A stretch of 64,000 nt of DNA from Octopus vulgaris. Taxonomy: Eukaryota. This document shows positions 63,656 to 64,000 of this stretch, piece by piece (within the stretch, counting starts at the first letter, position 1; each line of letters begins with the position of its first letter). The notes beneath the pieces are model-generated. The model was not told the DNA's origin. It saw only the letters and a list, made by a program, of their open reading frames with translations, and ran no database searches. Where the stretch lies: positions 37,386,001 through 37,450,000 of the forward strand of contig OX597839.1 in NCBI GenBank assembly GCA_951406725.2, given 5' to 3'. Position numbers and translations under genes: made by a program.

Positions 63656-64000
63656 CACCTCTACCTATACTTCACAAATTCCATATATCCCAAAATGTGT
63701 CATCTTTACTCCCCGGAAGGATGTCTGTGAAGCCTTTCTTCTTAATGGCTCTTTTAATGATCGCTTTTCTGTCTTTTTCGGTGTACTTTCGGCTTTCATA
63801 GCTGTCTTTCTTTACTTGACTCGTGCCCCTTTTCTGCCCCCGCTTATGAACCTTTTCTGACAAGTCTTACAGCACCCGAGTTCTGTATATAGAATGAGGT
63901 CATTGCTGCTGCAGCCGCAAGTGCTGCTGCCACTGCTGCTGTTGTTGTTGTTGTTCTTCTTCTTCTTCTTATTATTATTATTATTGCAGACGGATTGTAT

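Overview
AT-rich, intron- and repeat-rich metazoan genomic DNA. The SINE/MITE repertoire and dense (TA)n microsatellites suggest an octopus or other coleoid cephalopod (inference). Two protein-coding genes lie head-to-head about 2 kb apart. Cyclin L (CCNL1/2-like) is on the minus strand, with coding exons 1-4 at 25347-25141, 22069-21995, 18908-18799 and 1444-1324; it continues beyond the left edge. A complete Cab45/SDF4 gene (six EF-hand CREC-family protein, about 410 aa, ending HDEF) is on the plus strand in six coding exons from 27324 to 45443. The rest is tRNA-derived SINEs (several families), LINE remnants (CR1-like, RTE-like, Dong/R4-like), DNA transposon remnants and MITEs, and micro/minisatellites. 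Most notable observations: (1) several type I hammerhead-ribozyme motifs in Penelope-like inverted repeats, one inside a perfect 61-bp palindrome; (2) a roughly 740-bp tandem array directly abutting the cyclin L start codon, built of splice-signal-like words; (3) candidate poison exons and U1-5'-end-like motifs in the 17-kb cyclin L intron 3; (4) apparent GGT(A) target preference and self-nesting of one SINE family. All calls were made by eye; repeat boundaries are approximate.
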